From: Eledone cirrhosa
Lineage: Eukaryota
NCBI GenBank assembly: GCA_964016885.1
Contig: OZ024753.1
Location: forward strand, 10,416,001 to 10,480,000
Reading direction: 5' to 3'
DNA: 64,000 bases
Part shown: piece by piece, positions 1 through 13,383 of the stretch
How positions within the stretch are numbered: position 1 is the stretch's first letter
How the letters are laid out: each line of letters begins with the position of its first letter
Translations under genes and position numbers: made by a program
Notes under the pieces: model-generated
The model's input: the letters and a program-made list of their open reading frames with translations, nothing else
What the model was told of the DNA's origin: nothing
Databases searched by the model: none

Positions 1-103
1 ATATATATATATGTATATATATATATATATGTATATATAAATATATATATGTATATATATATATATATGTATATATAAATATATATATGTATATATAAAT
101 ATA

Positions 104-147
<44 letters not shown>

Positions 148-347
148 AATATATATACACATATATACACATGTATAATATGTATATATAAATATATATA
201 CATATATATACACACGTATAATATACATGTATATATATGTATATATATATATGTATATATATATATCGAACCTTTTTTCCCCTTTTCCATATAAAGCTTG
301 AAACTAATAAGACATTTTTGTATCTCTGTTTTGTCGTTTCCTTGAAG

Positions 348-411
<64 letters not shown>

Positions 412-876
412 TGTGTGTATCAGAACAACACGAAAGTTCTGTCGGATATTAATATGTATTTTGCTAATCAAAATGGTGACATTTATAGATATATTTAGTC
501 ATCTGTGTAATCTCTATTACTTCCAATAACCTTATTCCATCTGTCAACAAGCTTATAAATGACAGATTTATAAAATGTCTTGGATTCTGATCTGAAATAT
601 GAGACTAATTTATTTTTGAGATACTCTTTTGACGTTTGTCTCAGTCAATCAAGATAATTTTATAAATTCCCAAAGAAATGGTCATCAGAAGGAGAAATAT
701 CTGGAAAATATAGTGCGAAACATTTTTTTTTTTTTTCACATCTGAGTTCCTTTAGAAATACAGGGTTCCTCCGGAATTTGCGGTCCCGGTTATTTGCCGA
801 ATTTTCCTTAGAAACCTAATTAATAATTGTTCGCGGAATCGTAAATATCTTCCGCGATTTATGATGTCTCTTTTCG

Positions 877-1060
877 TGTGGATTGGCAGTATCGGTAGAG
901 GGTCGGACGCCATGCTTTCCAGCATAGTTACGTCCCTTTACGATCTGAGTTCAAATCCCGCCGAGGTTGACTTTGCCTTTCATCCTTACGGGGTCGATAA
1001 AATAAAGTACCAGTGATGCACTCTGGGTAATTGCTGGCCTTGTGCCTAAAGTAGAAACAA
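877..1060 (+). mobile_element. tRNA-derived SINE
   Basis: Near-identical to 5081-5264. Confidence 0.9.
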
Positions 1061-2019
1061 ATATATATTTTTTCACGTTTTTTTTTAACGCTGAATTATT
1101 GCTAACAATATACCGTATTTGCTGGCCTATACTATACGTTATGTTTTGACGTTTATAGACATTTTTATGGACCAAGTCCGGAACTTCCCGAGAAACCTAA
1201 CTAATAATTGTTCGTGGAAACCACCGCATATTCGCGGAATCGTAGATATCTTCCGCGATTTTTTATGCCTTTTTTGTGGCAATATATATTTTATCACGCT
1301 CTTTAATGCTAAATTATTAATAACAATATACCATATTTGCCGGCCTATATTTTACGTTATGTTTTGATGTTTATAAGCATTTTTATGGACCTCGTTTGAT
1401 ATTCGCGGTTTTTCGCTCTTCGCGCGTTTTCTAGGAATGTAACCCCCGCGAATAACTGTGAACAAGTGTACTTGATTGTTCATGCCCCTTTAAAGAGCTT
1501 GATAAAAAAATTCGAAGTTATTGATAGTAAACCTCAGCTGTGATTGTTTATTGTTTAGCAATTAAAAATAGCATATTCCTTGCATTAATGGACTAGTCCT
1601 TGCAAAGGCAGCGAATTGGCAGAGTCGTTAGAACGTCGCATAGAATGCTTTACGGTATTCATTCCGGTTCTCTGCTCTCCGAGTTCAAATCCCACCGAGG
1701 TCAACACGTAAAACGAAAGCGTCAAAAATGCCTTTCAGCTCTCTGGTCTCTGATTTAAAGTCCCGTCATAGTCAACTTTGCCTTTCATCCATTCGTGGTC
1801 GATAAAAAAAGTACCAGTCTAGTACTGAGGTCGATTTTTTTTCCTCTATATCGTTTTCTCATTTCCTTTCTTTCACATTTCCTCTCTTTCACTTTCTTTC
1901 TTTCTCTGTACTCAGTCCTGGAGAGGGATGGGATCCGCCGAGCTTAAAATGCCCAAGAAACGCCCTATGTCAATACGGCGTCCCTACGACTCTATCCGGA
2001 GTCACGGGAATATACATAC

Positions 2020-2069
<50 letters not shown>

Positions 2070-2179
2070 TGTGAGTGAGTGACCATAAAATGCATAATCA
2101 ACACCATAATGCTGGAGAAATAAAACTGACGTGGAATGCTTCATAACTGCTTAAATCGGATTATTTTCGCAATGTTACA

Positions 2180-2722
2180 ACTACTTTATATCCATGTAGG
2201 AGAACCCCTACCGATGCGCTGAACGAGTGTGACTTTTTAGTCCAGCCAACGACTTGAAAACTCTGGTACAAACATACACTTGTGATAATTATTGACACAT
2301 AGTGCTGGGCCCATGGTACCATGTGACGACAAGTGCAGAGAGATCTCCAGATATAAAGCAATGCCTGTGCCGTGAAGCTTTTATAGTGAGCAAAGGCACT
2401 GCATAAGGCCAGTCCCACTCTCTTAACCAAGAAGATATTTACTAAAAAGAAGAACAAGTCAACATCACTGGATACCATTAAGGTTGCAGGTGTTATATCA
2501 GAGTTTTCCTTCTCCTAGAATTCTGCCTTGACAAAGGCTAAGGGGTCATCTCTCCCGGTGATTTTGGATGGCCATTGACTTTTAAGAGCTCCTTTGCCCT
2601 TTGACAGGTTTTGTTTTTAGTCCCGCAGGATGTCCAAAGTCACCCTCCTCACCAAGAAACCTTGGTGGGGTTGCCAGTTTAGTCGCCAACGACCCGACCA
2701 TGGGACAGGTTGTACTGGGATA
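2180..2722 (+). repeat. ~540-bp dispersed repeat, possibly an RTE 5' UTR
   Basis: Highly similar inverted copy at 21713-22268; contains gagttttccttctcctag..tgcctt..aaggctaa and ttagtcgcc..cgacc motifs. Confidence 0.6.
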
Positions 2723-2726
2723 CATG

Positions 2727-2835
<109 letters not shown>

Positions 2836-2878
2836 CTTTATTGAGCCTTCTTCGGATTTTAGTCTTCACATTTATTAT

Positions 2879-2942
<64 letters not shown>

Positions 2943-3024
2943 AAGAGGGAGTAGGAGGGAGAGAAATAGATAGACAGACATACAGTAGTAGTGTTGGTGG
3001 TGTTGGTAGTAGTAGTAGTAGTAA

Positions 3025-3086
<62 letters not shown>

Positions 3087-3114
3087 ATAGTAGTAGTAGT
3101 AGTAGTAGTAGTAA

Positions 3115-3197
<83 letters not shown>

Positions 3198-3444
3198 ATA
3201 TATAACCTGAAATGAACCCTATTCCCAGCTAATGTGTTTGTCCTTAACTGAACTCACTCAAACAACAGATTTTATTTTTTACTTTACTAAATTAGTCATA
3301 ATTCACTTTTATTTTTTATTTCCACTTATGACATCTCAGGGCCTAGATTAGGCTTAGAGAATATTGTGAATTTACTGCACGTACATACACTCTCGGGGAG
3401 AGAGAGTGAGAGAGGGGGGGGGGACACACACAAGCAAAATTATG

Positions 3445-3494
<50 letters not shown>

Positions 3495-3709
3495 ATTTTA
3501 GTATCGTGAGAGAATAGAGGTTTAAAGCGATAAGCGATACATATAGTTAGTTGCCAAAAGCTGGTGCATTTGTGCTCAATACTTGTACCTACAGAGTTAA
3601 ATATCGGAGGCGGCGTTAATATTTAGTGGGTGAGAATATAAGCAGAGCGATTACAAACGAAAGGATTACAAAAGAGAATACAGACTGTTAGAAGATGTTT
3701 ATACAATAA

Positions 3710-3752
3710 GCACCTACGTACGTTTCGCCCGGAAAGGGCTTCTCAAGGGCAT
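3710..3752 (-). ncRNA. Degenerate hammerhead
   Basis: rc: atgcc CTTGAGA a gccc-tttcc-gggc GAAA cgtacg TA ggtgc; stem III ACGTACGT. Confidence 0.55.
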
Positions 3753-3877
3753 ACAAATCTAGAGAGTGTTCAATACAGAACCCAGAAGGGGTTTTAAGAT
3801 GATAAACCACATCGAAGTTCATGTTTGATTCAAACAGACATGGCTGTGTGTGTGTGTGTGTGTATCCCGAGTTCAAA

Positions 3878-3953
<76 letters not shown>

Positions 3954-4004
3954 ATAATAATAAATTTGAAGACTAAAATCCAAAGAGGGCTCGATATGTA
4001 TCTA

Positions 4005-4697
4005 TCTAAGGCGGGTAAAATTCCCGAGATCCATGGACGAGTTCTCTACAGCGGTCTCTGTCCCTCATTATCGCTGCCATGTCCTGCGTCTCCAACAGAC
4101 CAGTGTCTGTCCTTAGGGCATCAACATACGTTAACCTTGGTCGTCCTCTTCTAGTGTGTCCATGTAGGGGCTCCCAAAGGAGCACTGGGTGCAGTGTCAA
4201 CTCTAGATGTCGGTGAGCATGTCCAGCTAACCTCAGTCTCCTCTGTGTCACGTTTGAGCTGACTTTTGGGAGGCTCCCGTACAGCTCTGAGTTTTTCATC
4301 CTCAGTGTATACTGATTAATGTTCAGAGCCATCCTCAACATTCTCGCTTTACTGGACTCTGGCTTTACTGTAGCACCGGCTCAGAGCAGGAGAGTTAGGG
4401 CGAAAAAGGTATCGGATGCTGAATTTGCCGACGACATAGTTTTGGTGACAAATACAGTGAAGGAGGCAGAGGATTTGATGCGGGAGGTTGAGACTGTTTC
4501 GATGAGTGTGGGGCTGAGAATGAATGAGACTAAAACAAAATATCTGGTAGAGAATGTTGAGAAGCCAGAGGGGATCACTAATGAAGCCGCTAGAATTGGT
4601 TGAGGGCTTCCTGTATTTGGGAGCAAAGATTGGGAATACGGAAGATGATGTGGTTGAGAGGAAGAGCAAGGCCTGGGCGGCGTGCCACAGCTTGAGA
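4005..4697 (-). mobile_element. RTE-clade LINE with 5' inversion
   Basis: 3' end on minus strand (4005-4346) joined to an RT piece EFADDIVL..GLRMNETKTK..KAWAACH on plus strand (4347-4697). Confidence 0.88.
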
Positions 4698-4769
4698 TAG
4701 AAATGTATATATATGTATATATATATACAATATATTAATAAATGGAAATTATATTTATAAAACGATATT

Positions 4770-4835
4770 TATTTTATTATATATATTTCAAGGGCGACCA
4801 AGGTAAATTATGGTGCGCTTTCATCAGATGAAATA
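4770..4835 (-). ncRNA. Type I hammerhead ribozyme (family A)
   Basis: rc: tatttcat CTGATGA aagcgcacca..tggtcgccctt GAAA tatata TA ataaaata. The plus-strand partner at 4966-5031 has core ATGATGA. Confidence 0.78.
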
Positions 4836-5080
4836 TAGATTTGTTTTATAAATAAATATTGACAAACCCGGAAAAAAGACAACCTCAACGGTTGAAATTT
4901 GCTGGATAGTCAATATTTATTTATATTTGCTGTGTATGTCAATATTTATTTATAAAACAAATCTGTATTTTATATGATGAAAGCGCACCATAATTTACCC
5001 TGGTCGCCCTTGAAATATATATAATAAGATAAATATGGTTTTATAAATATAGTTTCCATTTATTAATATATTGTGTGTTT

Positions 5081-5264
5081 GGCGGTGGATTGGCAGTATC
5101 GGTAGAGGGTCGGATGCCATGCTTTCCAGCATAGTTACGTCCCTTTACGATCTGAGTTCAAATCCCGCCGAGGTTGACTTTGCCTTTCATCCTTACGGGG
5201 TCGATAAAATAAAGTACCAGTAATGCACTGGGTAATTGCTGGCCTTGTGCCTAAAGTAGAAACA
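5081..5264 (+). mobile_element. tRNA-derived SINE, full length, 19-bp TSD
   Basis: A-box-like tggcagtatcgg, B-box gagttcaaatccc, core gcctttcatccttacggggtcgataaa, tail ggccttgtgcctaaagtagaaac; TSD attaatatattgtgtgttt (5062-5080 / 5265-5283). Confidence 0.9.
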
Positions 5265-5623
5265 ATTAATATATTGTGTGTTTACTCACTAACTTGTTGA
5301 GTGCTTTATATCAGTTATAAAAACTTTAAAGCTTGTTGAATCCCAACAAATTAAATATAACCTCTGAATATATATATATATATATATAAGCAGTTTGTTA
5401 TTTAAACTGATTGTATTTTCATTGTTGTGGTGGCTTCTGGGGCTTTGTCTCCTTCACCACAGTTTTCAATTTGTCACGCTATCTAACGTATGTTTATGAC
5501 TCTCAGGTGTAATCTATCGATTTATCAATACATTCTTATTGAGTGCTTCGTGCAAATCCGAATTTTTTGTTCATTCGCGGATCTTGGCCGACCGTCACAG
5601 CTTCGATTTTACTAAACTTCCAA

Positions 5624-5719
<96 letters not shown>

Positions 5720-5867
5720 TAGGTGTAAATCGAAGTTTTAGCCGCAGTAGAGCAGATACCAATCGAATTGTTCTGTCCTACACTTTCTTGTTTTTGTGTG
5801 TTGTAGCCACAAAACACACCAAAATAAGATGGTGTAGGACAGAACAAAGGAGAGAGAAGCAATAAAC

Positions 5868-5912
5868 ATTCACTGAGGAGGTCACAGAGTGTGTGACGAA
5901 AGAGCTTTGACA
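5868..5912 (+). ncRNA. Minimal hammerhead ribozyme, family E
   Basis: attca CTGAGGA g gtcaca-gagtg-tgtgac GAAA gagc TT tgaca. Confidence 0.7.
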
Positions 5913-6033
5913 ATATATAAACAACCATCCGGTTATCGACCCAAACAACCAACCGGAAATTCATAATAGATTGAAGTGAAAACCAACAGATGCGTGTGTT
6001 TTTTATTGGCAGCACGACCCTCTCAAAGTATAA

Positions 6034-6083
<50 letters not shown>

Positions 6084-6087
<4 letters not shown>

Positions 6088-6302
6088 ATAATAATAAATT
6101 TGAAGACTAAAATCCAAAGAGGGCTCGATAAGGATAAATATATATAAAATATATAAGAACCGTAGTATCGTCTTCCTGTCTTCCTCCGGTTGCAACGTTT
6201 TTTCAAATATTTACTTCTGTGTTCACAGATTGACTTTGTTAGTTTCAGAAGATCCCGTTAAGGGTGAAAGCAACGATTCTTTGCTTAAACTTTAATCTGT
6301 TA

Positions 6303-6311
<9 letters not shown>
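6084..6311. mobile_element. Family D HHR element (rearranged)
   Basis: End gtaataataataaatttgaagactaaaatccaaagagggctcgataagg also at 2833-2882, 3949-3996, 9686-9757, 51572-51752, 60918-60968; HHR half also at 42738-42798. Confidence 0.75.
6241..6291 (+). ncRNA. Hammerhead ribozyme, family D (core CAGAAGA)
   Basis: agttt CAGAAGA tccc-gttaa-gggt GAAA gcaa-cgattct-ttgc TT aaact: all three stems pair. Confidence 0.72.
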
Positions 6312-6375
<64 letters not shown>

Positions 6376-6376
<1 letters not shown>

Positions 6377-6680
6377 GTAGTATACCCCCGTCATTCGTAG
6401 AATTTTTTTCAGAATCTAACTAATAATTGTTCGTGGAAACCACCGCATATTCGCGGAATCTAAATATCTTCCACGATTTTTTTATGACTTTTTTCGTTGC
6501 AAAATATATTTTTTAATGCTAAATTATTAATAACAATATACCATGTTTACTGGCCTATTGGACGTCTCTTCTTTTTAACGTTTGAGGGCATTTTTATTGA
6601 CCACGTCCAATATTCGCGGTTTTTCATTCTTTGCGAGTGCTCTAGGAGCGTAACCCGCGTGAATACCGCGGTACTACTGT
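6376..6680. mobile_element. Tigger-like MITE
   Basis: Ends ..gaataccgcggtactactg|ta; internally homologous to 760-1470, which has an internal duplication and a SINE insert. Confidence 0.6.
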
Positions 6681-6811
6681 ATATATATTTACACACACAC
6701 AAACACATACGTATATATATATATGTATGTATGTGTGCATATATATGTATGTGTGTGTGTTTATATATATATATATGTGTGTGTGTGTATATATGTATAT
6801 GTGTATATATA

Positions 6812-6853
<42 letters not shown>

Positions 6854-8003
6854 CATATATATGTATGTGTGTATATATGTATGTATGTGTGTATATATGT
6901 ATGTATGCGTATATATATATATATATGTATGTATGTATGTGTGCATATATATGTATGTGTGTGTGTATATATACATATGTATGTATGTGTGCATATATAT
7001 GTATGTATGTGTGCATATATATGTATGTATGTGTGTATATATATATATAAATGTATGTATGTGTGCATACATATGTATGTATGTGTGTATATATATATAT
7101 GTATTTGTGTATATATAAATATATATATGTATGTATGTATGTGTGTGTGTGTATAAAAATAGAAACGCCGAAGATATATATATATATATATATATAAGGT
7201 TATATATGGCTACAATTGTACGTGCATAGCTATTCTGCGTGTATCATGTATTTTATTTATTGTGTGTGTATGTTTATAAATATATGGTTATGAATACGCA
7301 CAGTTTTAAACGAAAATTAAACAACAACAACGACAAAGAAACCCCTACCAAGTTTCCATAGCTTCAATATTGCTTTCAAAATGGAGTGTCATCAAGAATA
7401 CAAATTATATAAATAAATAAATAATATGTCATCATAAGCTTGTGTCATCAACTAATTTAAACAGGTCTCGTCTCTGAAATGGATTGAAAAGTGATGAGGG
7501 GAAAGAGGGGGGGGGGAGGAGGGGGGGGGGGGAGCATTTATATAAAGAAAAAAAATAATAACATATCATTTGAGGTGTCAGAGAAGAATTTGTCGGCAAA
7601 GAATACGAAGAAAAAAAAGTGATATGGAGTAAAGCACGTTTTCATTCATTTAAGGCGCCATTCTACTGCTTCTGTGAGATTGCTAAGACGGGTTTTCCTT
7701 TTTTTTTCTTTTTCAATAACTTTTGGAATAACATGAGTCCTGAGTAAATTTTACAACGTCAGAATTTTAAAATGTTGACATGTCTAATCTTGCTTTTAAT
7801 ATTTTTATTGAGACACTCGGACAAGTGTGTTAATATAAGTAAAAATAACAAACAAAAAAAAAACCAGACACACAGGCACACAGACACACACAGACACACA
7901 CAGACACACGTGTATGCTCACGCATACATACACATGCTCTTTATCTCCCTCTCTCGTTCACACACACATTCACATACATTCATACACACATGCACATATA
8001 TAC

Positions 8004-8103
<100 letters not shown>

Positions 8104-8421
8104 ATATATATATTTATGTATATATATATTTATATATATATGTGTGTGTGATATATATATAATATATAAATGAAAAGTAGTGTGTGTGTGTGTATGCGTG
8201 TGTGCATGTATATATACATATATCTTGTTTTTTTTTCAAATGGTGCTATAAGCGAAAATTTTAAAAGTTGTGTGAAATTGTTGAAATAATTTTATACCAT
8301 CTGACGAAGTTGATGGAGTCAGAAGGAAGAACACCACCTAACCGTCGACCCCATCAAAACATATATCATGCTGTTGAAAATAAACCTAAATACAACTGCA
8401 TATCGATATCGATGTATTTAA

Positions 8422-8477
<56 letters not shown>

Positions 8478-8481
<4 letters not shown>

Positions 8482-8880
8482 GTTTGTATATGTATAATAA
8501 AGCCAAAACAATGCAGGTATGGACATTGAATAAAGAATGCAAATGCAAAAGATATTGTTGACAATTAGTCTTTTACCTTAGATTTATTTAAATGTCCTTA
8601 ATTTTCGAGATAATATTTCTTCTTCGGAGGGAAGTAAAGCGGTTAAACCAGTGTTCTAAATAGCTTGTTCTAAATAACTTCCTTCCGAAGAAGAGATATT
8701 ATATCGAAAATTAAGGACATTTAAATAAATCTAAGGTAAAAGACTAATTGTCAACAATATCTTTTGCATTTGCATTCTTTATTCTATGTCCATACCTGCA
8801 TTGTTTCGGCTTTATTATACATATACAAACGTTTATACCTCATTACACAATGCTTCAAGTGAACTATAACTTCCTCCATA
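8478..8880. mobile_element. Fold-back HHR element
   Basis: ~158-bp inverted arms 8478-8635 / 8677-8834; (TA)n flanks. Confidence 0.8.
8680..8717 (+). ncRNA. Variant hammerhead (core CCGAAGA)
   Basis: tcctt CCGAAGA a gagata-t-tatatc GAAA a TT aagga. The inverted copy at 8595-8632 keeps the same CCG core. Confidence 0.6.
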
Positions 8881-9084
8881 TATATATATACTCTTTTACT
8901 CTTTTACCTGTTCCAGCCATTCGGCTGAGGTCATGCTGGGGTACCGCCCTTGTTGCTACACATTCTATCTCCAGACTGTGGAGATTCAACATTCAACATA
9001 AATTGACCTGTTATTTTTATCTAAAGACATTTTTTTCCAATTCCATCCCGCCCGTCGCCTCAATCTATCTCATTTCTCATTCTT

Positions 9085-9120
9085 TCTTCTAATGAAGGAC
9101 TTGTGTCCGAAACGTTATGG
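9085..9120 (+). ncRNA. Degenerate PLE-type hammerhead, family F
   Basis: tctt CTAATGA a ggac-ttgt-gtcc GAAA cgt t; homologous copy at 22433-22468 (-). Confidence 0.6.
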
Positions 9121-9200
9121 CCCTCTTCCTGCTATATTAGCGTTAACTTAACATATCCCTTCCATATACTGTACCGATTGTGTTGTTATTTCTTTTTACC

Positions 9201-9258
<58 letters not shown>

Positions 9259-9592
9259 TTAGACATAGTGACACATACATGTATGAGTGTGGCTACCTTT
9301 CACGGTGTGGCTCAATGAAAAATTTAATAATTAAGCAAATAATTATTAATCAGATATATATATAAAATTGCAAGTTTGAAGAATTATTAGATAAAATATA
9401 TACAGTATTTCCCCTCCCTAGTCCGTAGAAATCAACCATATAAATAATCATTTAAACGAAGCTATAAGTTTAAAATGTAACTATGAAGAAATAATAGACA
9501 AATGATACAGACTATTTTCCGCGAGTAACAGTCAGATAAAATTATATATATATATATATATACTGTATATATATATATATATATATATACTG

Positions 9593-9623
<31 letters not shown>

Positions 9624-9754
9624 TAAAATAACAGATTAAAGTTTAAGCAAATCTGTTATTTTGATAAATATTTCCTCTACGGTTCTTATATATTTGATAT
9701 ATATTTATCCTTATCGAGCCCTCTTTGCATTTTAGTCTTCAAATTTATTATTAT

Positions 9755-9832
<78 letters not shown>

Positions 9833-9899
9833 GTGTGTGTGTGAATGAAGTAATTCCGTCGGAAAGGTCCAGGAAAAAAAGAGTGCTCTATGTAGGTTA

Positions 9900-9954
9900 C
9901 ATTCTGATGACTGAAAGCAAATTTTGTTAGCTTTCAAGAAACCACTGGTAAATG
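9900..9954 (+). ncRNA. Hammerhead ribozyme
   Basis: catt CTGATGA ctgaaagc..gctttcaa GAAA ccactgg TA aatg. Confidence 0.75.
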
Positions 9955-9983
9955 AAATAATTATCTTATGTTGCTTATTACAT

Positions 9984-10030
<47 letters not shown>

Positions 10031-10264
10031 TCCATGATATCCGGATTACATTGAGTTCTTCATACGGATTGGATACTACCGTAAACTCTTGGTAGATTTA
10101 TCTACATATATAGAAACGATCGTTAAATAATGAACTATTTTTGTTTAATATAAGGAACTGTTTCATTGTTTTATTCATTATTTGTTTAATATTTTATATA
10201 TATATATATATATATATAAGCAAGTTTGTCCTGAAACAGCGAGCGGGTTTGACAATAGAAATAG

Positions 10265-10445
10265 AAGCCTACGCTGTACTCTTGACCAAAGAAATGTTAA
10301 CCCGAAAGTGGGGGTTTGTTGAAATGGAAAAAGATGAGTATTGCCGTACATGTACTTAGACCCTCATCTTTTCCAGTTCCTAGAGGGTTCTAAAACCCAC
10401 TATCGGGCTAAAGTTTCTTTGGTCAAGACTGCGGCGAAGTCTTCT
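10265..10445. repeat. Old imperfect fold-back
   Basis: cttgaccaaagaaa..cccgaaagtggg..ggaaaaagatgag / ctcatcttttcc..cccactatcggg..tttctttggtcaag. Confidence 0.6.
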
Positions 10446-11486
10446 CTCTCTCTCACTCTCCGTCTCTCACTCTCTCTCTCTCACTCCCCCTCTCTCTCTC
10501 TCTCTCTCTCACCTCACTCTCCCTCTCTCTCTCACTCCCCCGCTCTCTCTCTCTCACTCACCCCGCTCTCTCTCTCTCTCTCACCCCGCTCTCTCTCTCT
10601 CACTTACCCTCCCCGCTCTCTCTCACCCCCCTCTCCCACTTCTATCTCACTCTCTCACCCCCCCCGCTCTCTCTCTCACTCACCCTCCCCGCTCTCTCAC
10701 ACCCCCTCTCTCCCACTTCTATCTCACTCTCTCACTCCTGTCTCTCTCTCACTCCCCCTCCCTCACCCCCCCCCCCCCTCTCTCTCTCTCACCTCACTCT
10801 CCCTCTCTCTCTCACTCCCCCGCTCTCTCTCTCTCTCACTCACCCCGCTCTCTCTCTCTCACTCACCCCGCTCTCTCTCTCTCTCACTCACCCTCCCCGC
10901 TCTCTCACACCCCCTCTCTCCCACTTCTATCTAACACTCACTCATTCCCCCTCTCTCTCTCACTCCTGTCTCTCTCTCACTCCCCCCCCTTCACTCCACC
11001 CATCTCTCTAACCATTCTTCCTTACACTCTATAACTTACCCTCACAATCCACCTCTCTATCAGAAACACCACCACTCTCTCCGTCTTATGTTATCACTTC
11101 TATTTTAACGAACTTTTCTTTTCAATCAAAAACTTTTTAACATTCTAGGACTTTATTTTCTTTTTTTTCTCTAACAGACATTTCTTTTTTTGTTGTTGTT
11201 TCCGATACATTCTCTTTAACCCCCCTCCCCCCGCATATACACACACACACATACACACACACTCACACATATATATATACATATATAATCACACATACAC
11301 ACATACTCACATATATATACATACATACATACATATATATATATAATTATATACACACACACAAACATATATATATATATAGATACACACACACACATAC
11401 ACACACACACATTTATATATGGTCTATTTTTCACACATTCTCTTCCTGTCTTGCTTTCACCTTTTTCATATTTTGTCTATCGTAGT

Positions 11487-11559
<73 letters not shown>

Positions 11560-12228
11560 TTATCTATCTCTCACCCCATTCACCCACTCCGCCTCTCTTT
11601 AAAACCAATAGACCACAGTTTTTTAATTACGCCATATTATAAGAGCTACCAAATGCTTCAGATCTTTGTCTCCTCCCCACCATTCGATGTTCAGGCAACA
11701 ATAGTATAGCATATTTTTCAGATTTAAATATCGAGAAAGTATTCACATATCTTCAATTATATTCATTGTCAGTTTTATTTCTGTGTCCGTCTTCAGTATT
11801 CTTTGTTCTTTGATAGAGGAAGAAATATAAAGTAAAATAAAATAAGATAGAAAAAAAAAACCCCCAGACAAAAGAGAAGAAATTGGTTATAGGAAGACAG
11901 CTTTCTAAGATTTCTGTCTGTCGAACGATAAATGGCGCATCACGCTGTCTGAGCGAGTATCTGTAGACGTATTCTGTCGTATGTATGTGTATAGTGAGTG
12001 CTGCTGTACGTGTATGTATATGTATTCTTATGTGTGCCGGTGTATGTTTGTATGTGTGTGTGTGTGTGTGTGTGTGAAAGGCTAGGTAGAGAGAGAGAGA
12101 GAGGGACAGTGGGTTGGGGCAGGGAGTTAGGTTAGTGTGAAAATGGCTTGTAATGTTTGTGTGAGCGTGTGTGTGCATGTGTGGATATGAGAATGCGTGT
12201 GTGTGTGCGTATGCGTGTGGATATGAGA

Positions 12229-12295
<67 letters not shown>

Positions 12296-12407
12296 GATAC
12301 GTATAGCTGGTAGTGTCTATTTGGTTAAGTACACGTTTAAGTGTTCGTATATATCTATGAATCTATGTAGTTATTTCTAAATACCACTGTATATATATAT
12401 ATACGTA

Positions 12408-12499
<92 letters not shown>

Positions 12500-13040
12500 G
12501 AAAAATGGCGAGCTGTGTTGTTGCATATATGATATATATAATAAAGAATTAGAAATAGAAATAGAAGCCAGGACTATCCATAATCAGTGGTCTACTAGCC
12601 ATCATAGGTATTTCATAGGTATTTCGCATTACAAAGCTCAACCGCATAATACTTACATAACACACACACAGGTGGCCGTACAAACGAATAAAAATGCAAT
12701 CAACTCCAATTGTCGAATATCTGTATTAACGAGTTGACTTATGCATGCAATACCATAGGTTTCATAAGACATAAAACACCTCTATCACCCTAGAGTGGTT
12801 GTAGCTACCCCATTGTTTGGTATGATTGGCTGTTTGAATAGCAAGAGAAAATCGTCAACAACAACAAGAACATCTGCTAAAAGGATGTTGAAATAAACAG
12901 GATATTTCCTGCTAGCATCTATGCTTATCTGTATTGGTAGGAACATCTGTATCGTCCGAAAGAGCCTGAAACCGCTGTCTTCTGCAGTCTTCTATGATGA
13001 TAATCATTTTTGCATCCATGGAGTATTATAAGAATATAAG

Positions 13041-13229
13041 GGTGGTGGATTGGCAGAGTCGGTAGAGCGTCAGAAACCATGCTTTGCAGCATAGAGTTAT
13101 GGCCCTTTAAGTTCCTAGTTCAAATCCTGCCGAGGTTAGCTTTGCCTTTCATCCTTACGGGATCGATAAAATAAAACACCAGTAATGCACTGGGGTAATT
13201 TATGGCCTTGTGCCTAAAGTGGAAACAAT
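13041..13229 (+). mobile_element. tRNA-derived SINE
   Basis: Homologous to 5081-5264. Confidence 0.88.
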
Positions 13230-13383
13230 TATGAGAAGATAAGGTCTGTTACAATATTTTATTGACCCCAGGAGGGGGATAAAACAAAGTTAGAGTTAGA
13301 TGGTATTTGAACTAAATACGATAGTTACTCTAATAAAATATCGGGGGTGAATCTTGACAACATTTGGCCTTGCTACCATTCTC

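Larger units (their letters stand above)
4727..5368. mobile_element. Fold-back HHR element, family A, interrupted by a SINE
   Basis: Inverted arms ~4727-4864 / 4937-5073, each with an HHR. Tail homologous to 30115-30205; ends at (TA)n. Confidence 0.8.

Noticed and set aside
5081-5170. tRNA gene
   Set aside because: A/B boxes belong to a SINE head continuing into core and tail with a TSD; no cloverleaf.
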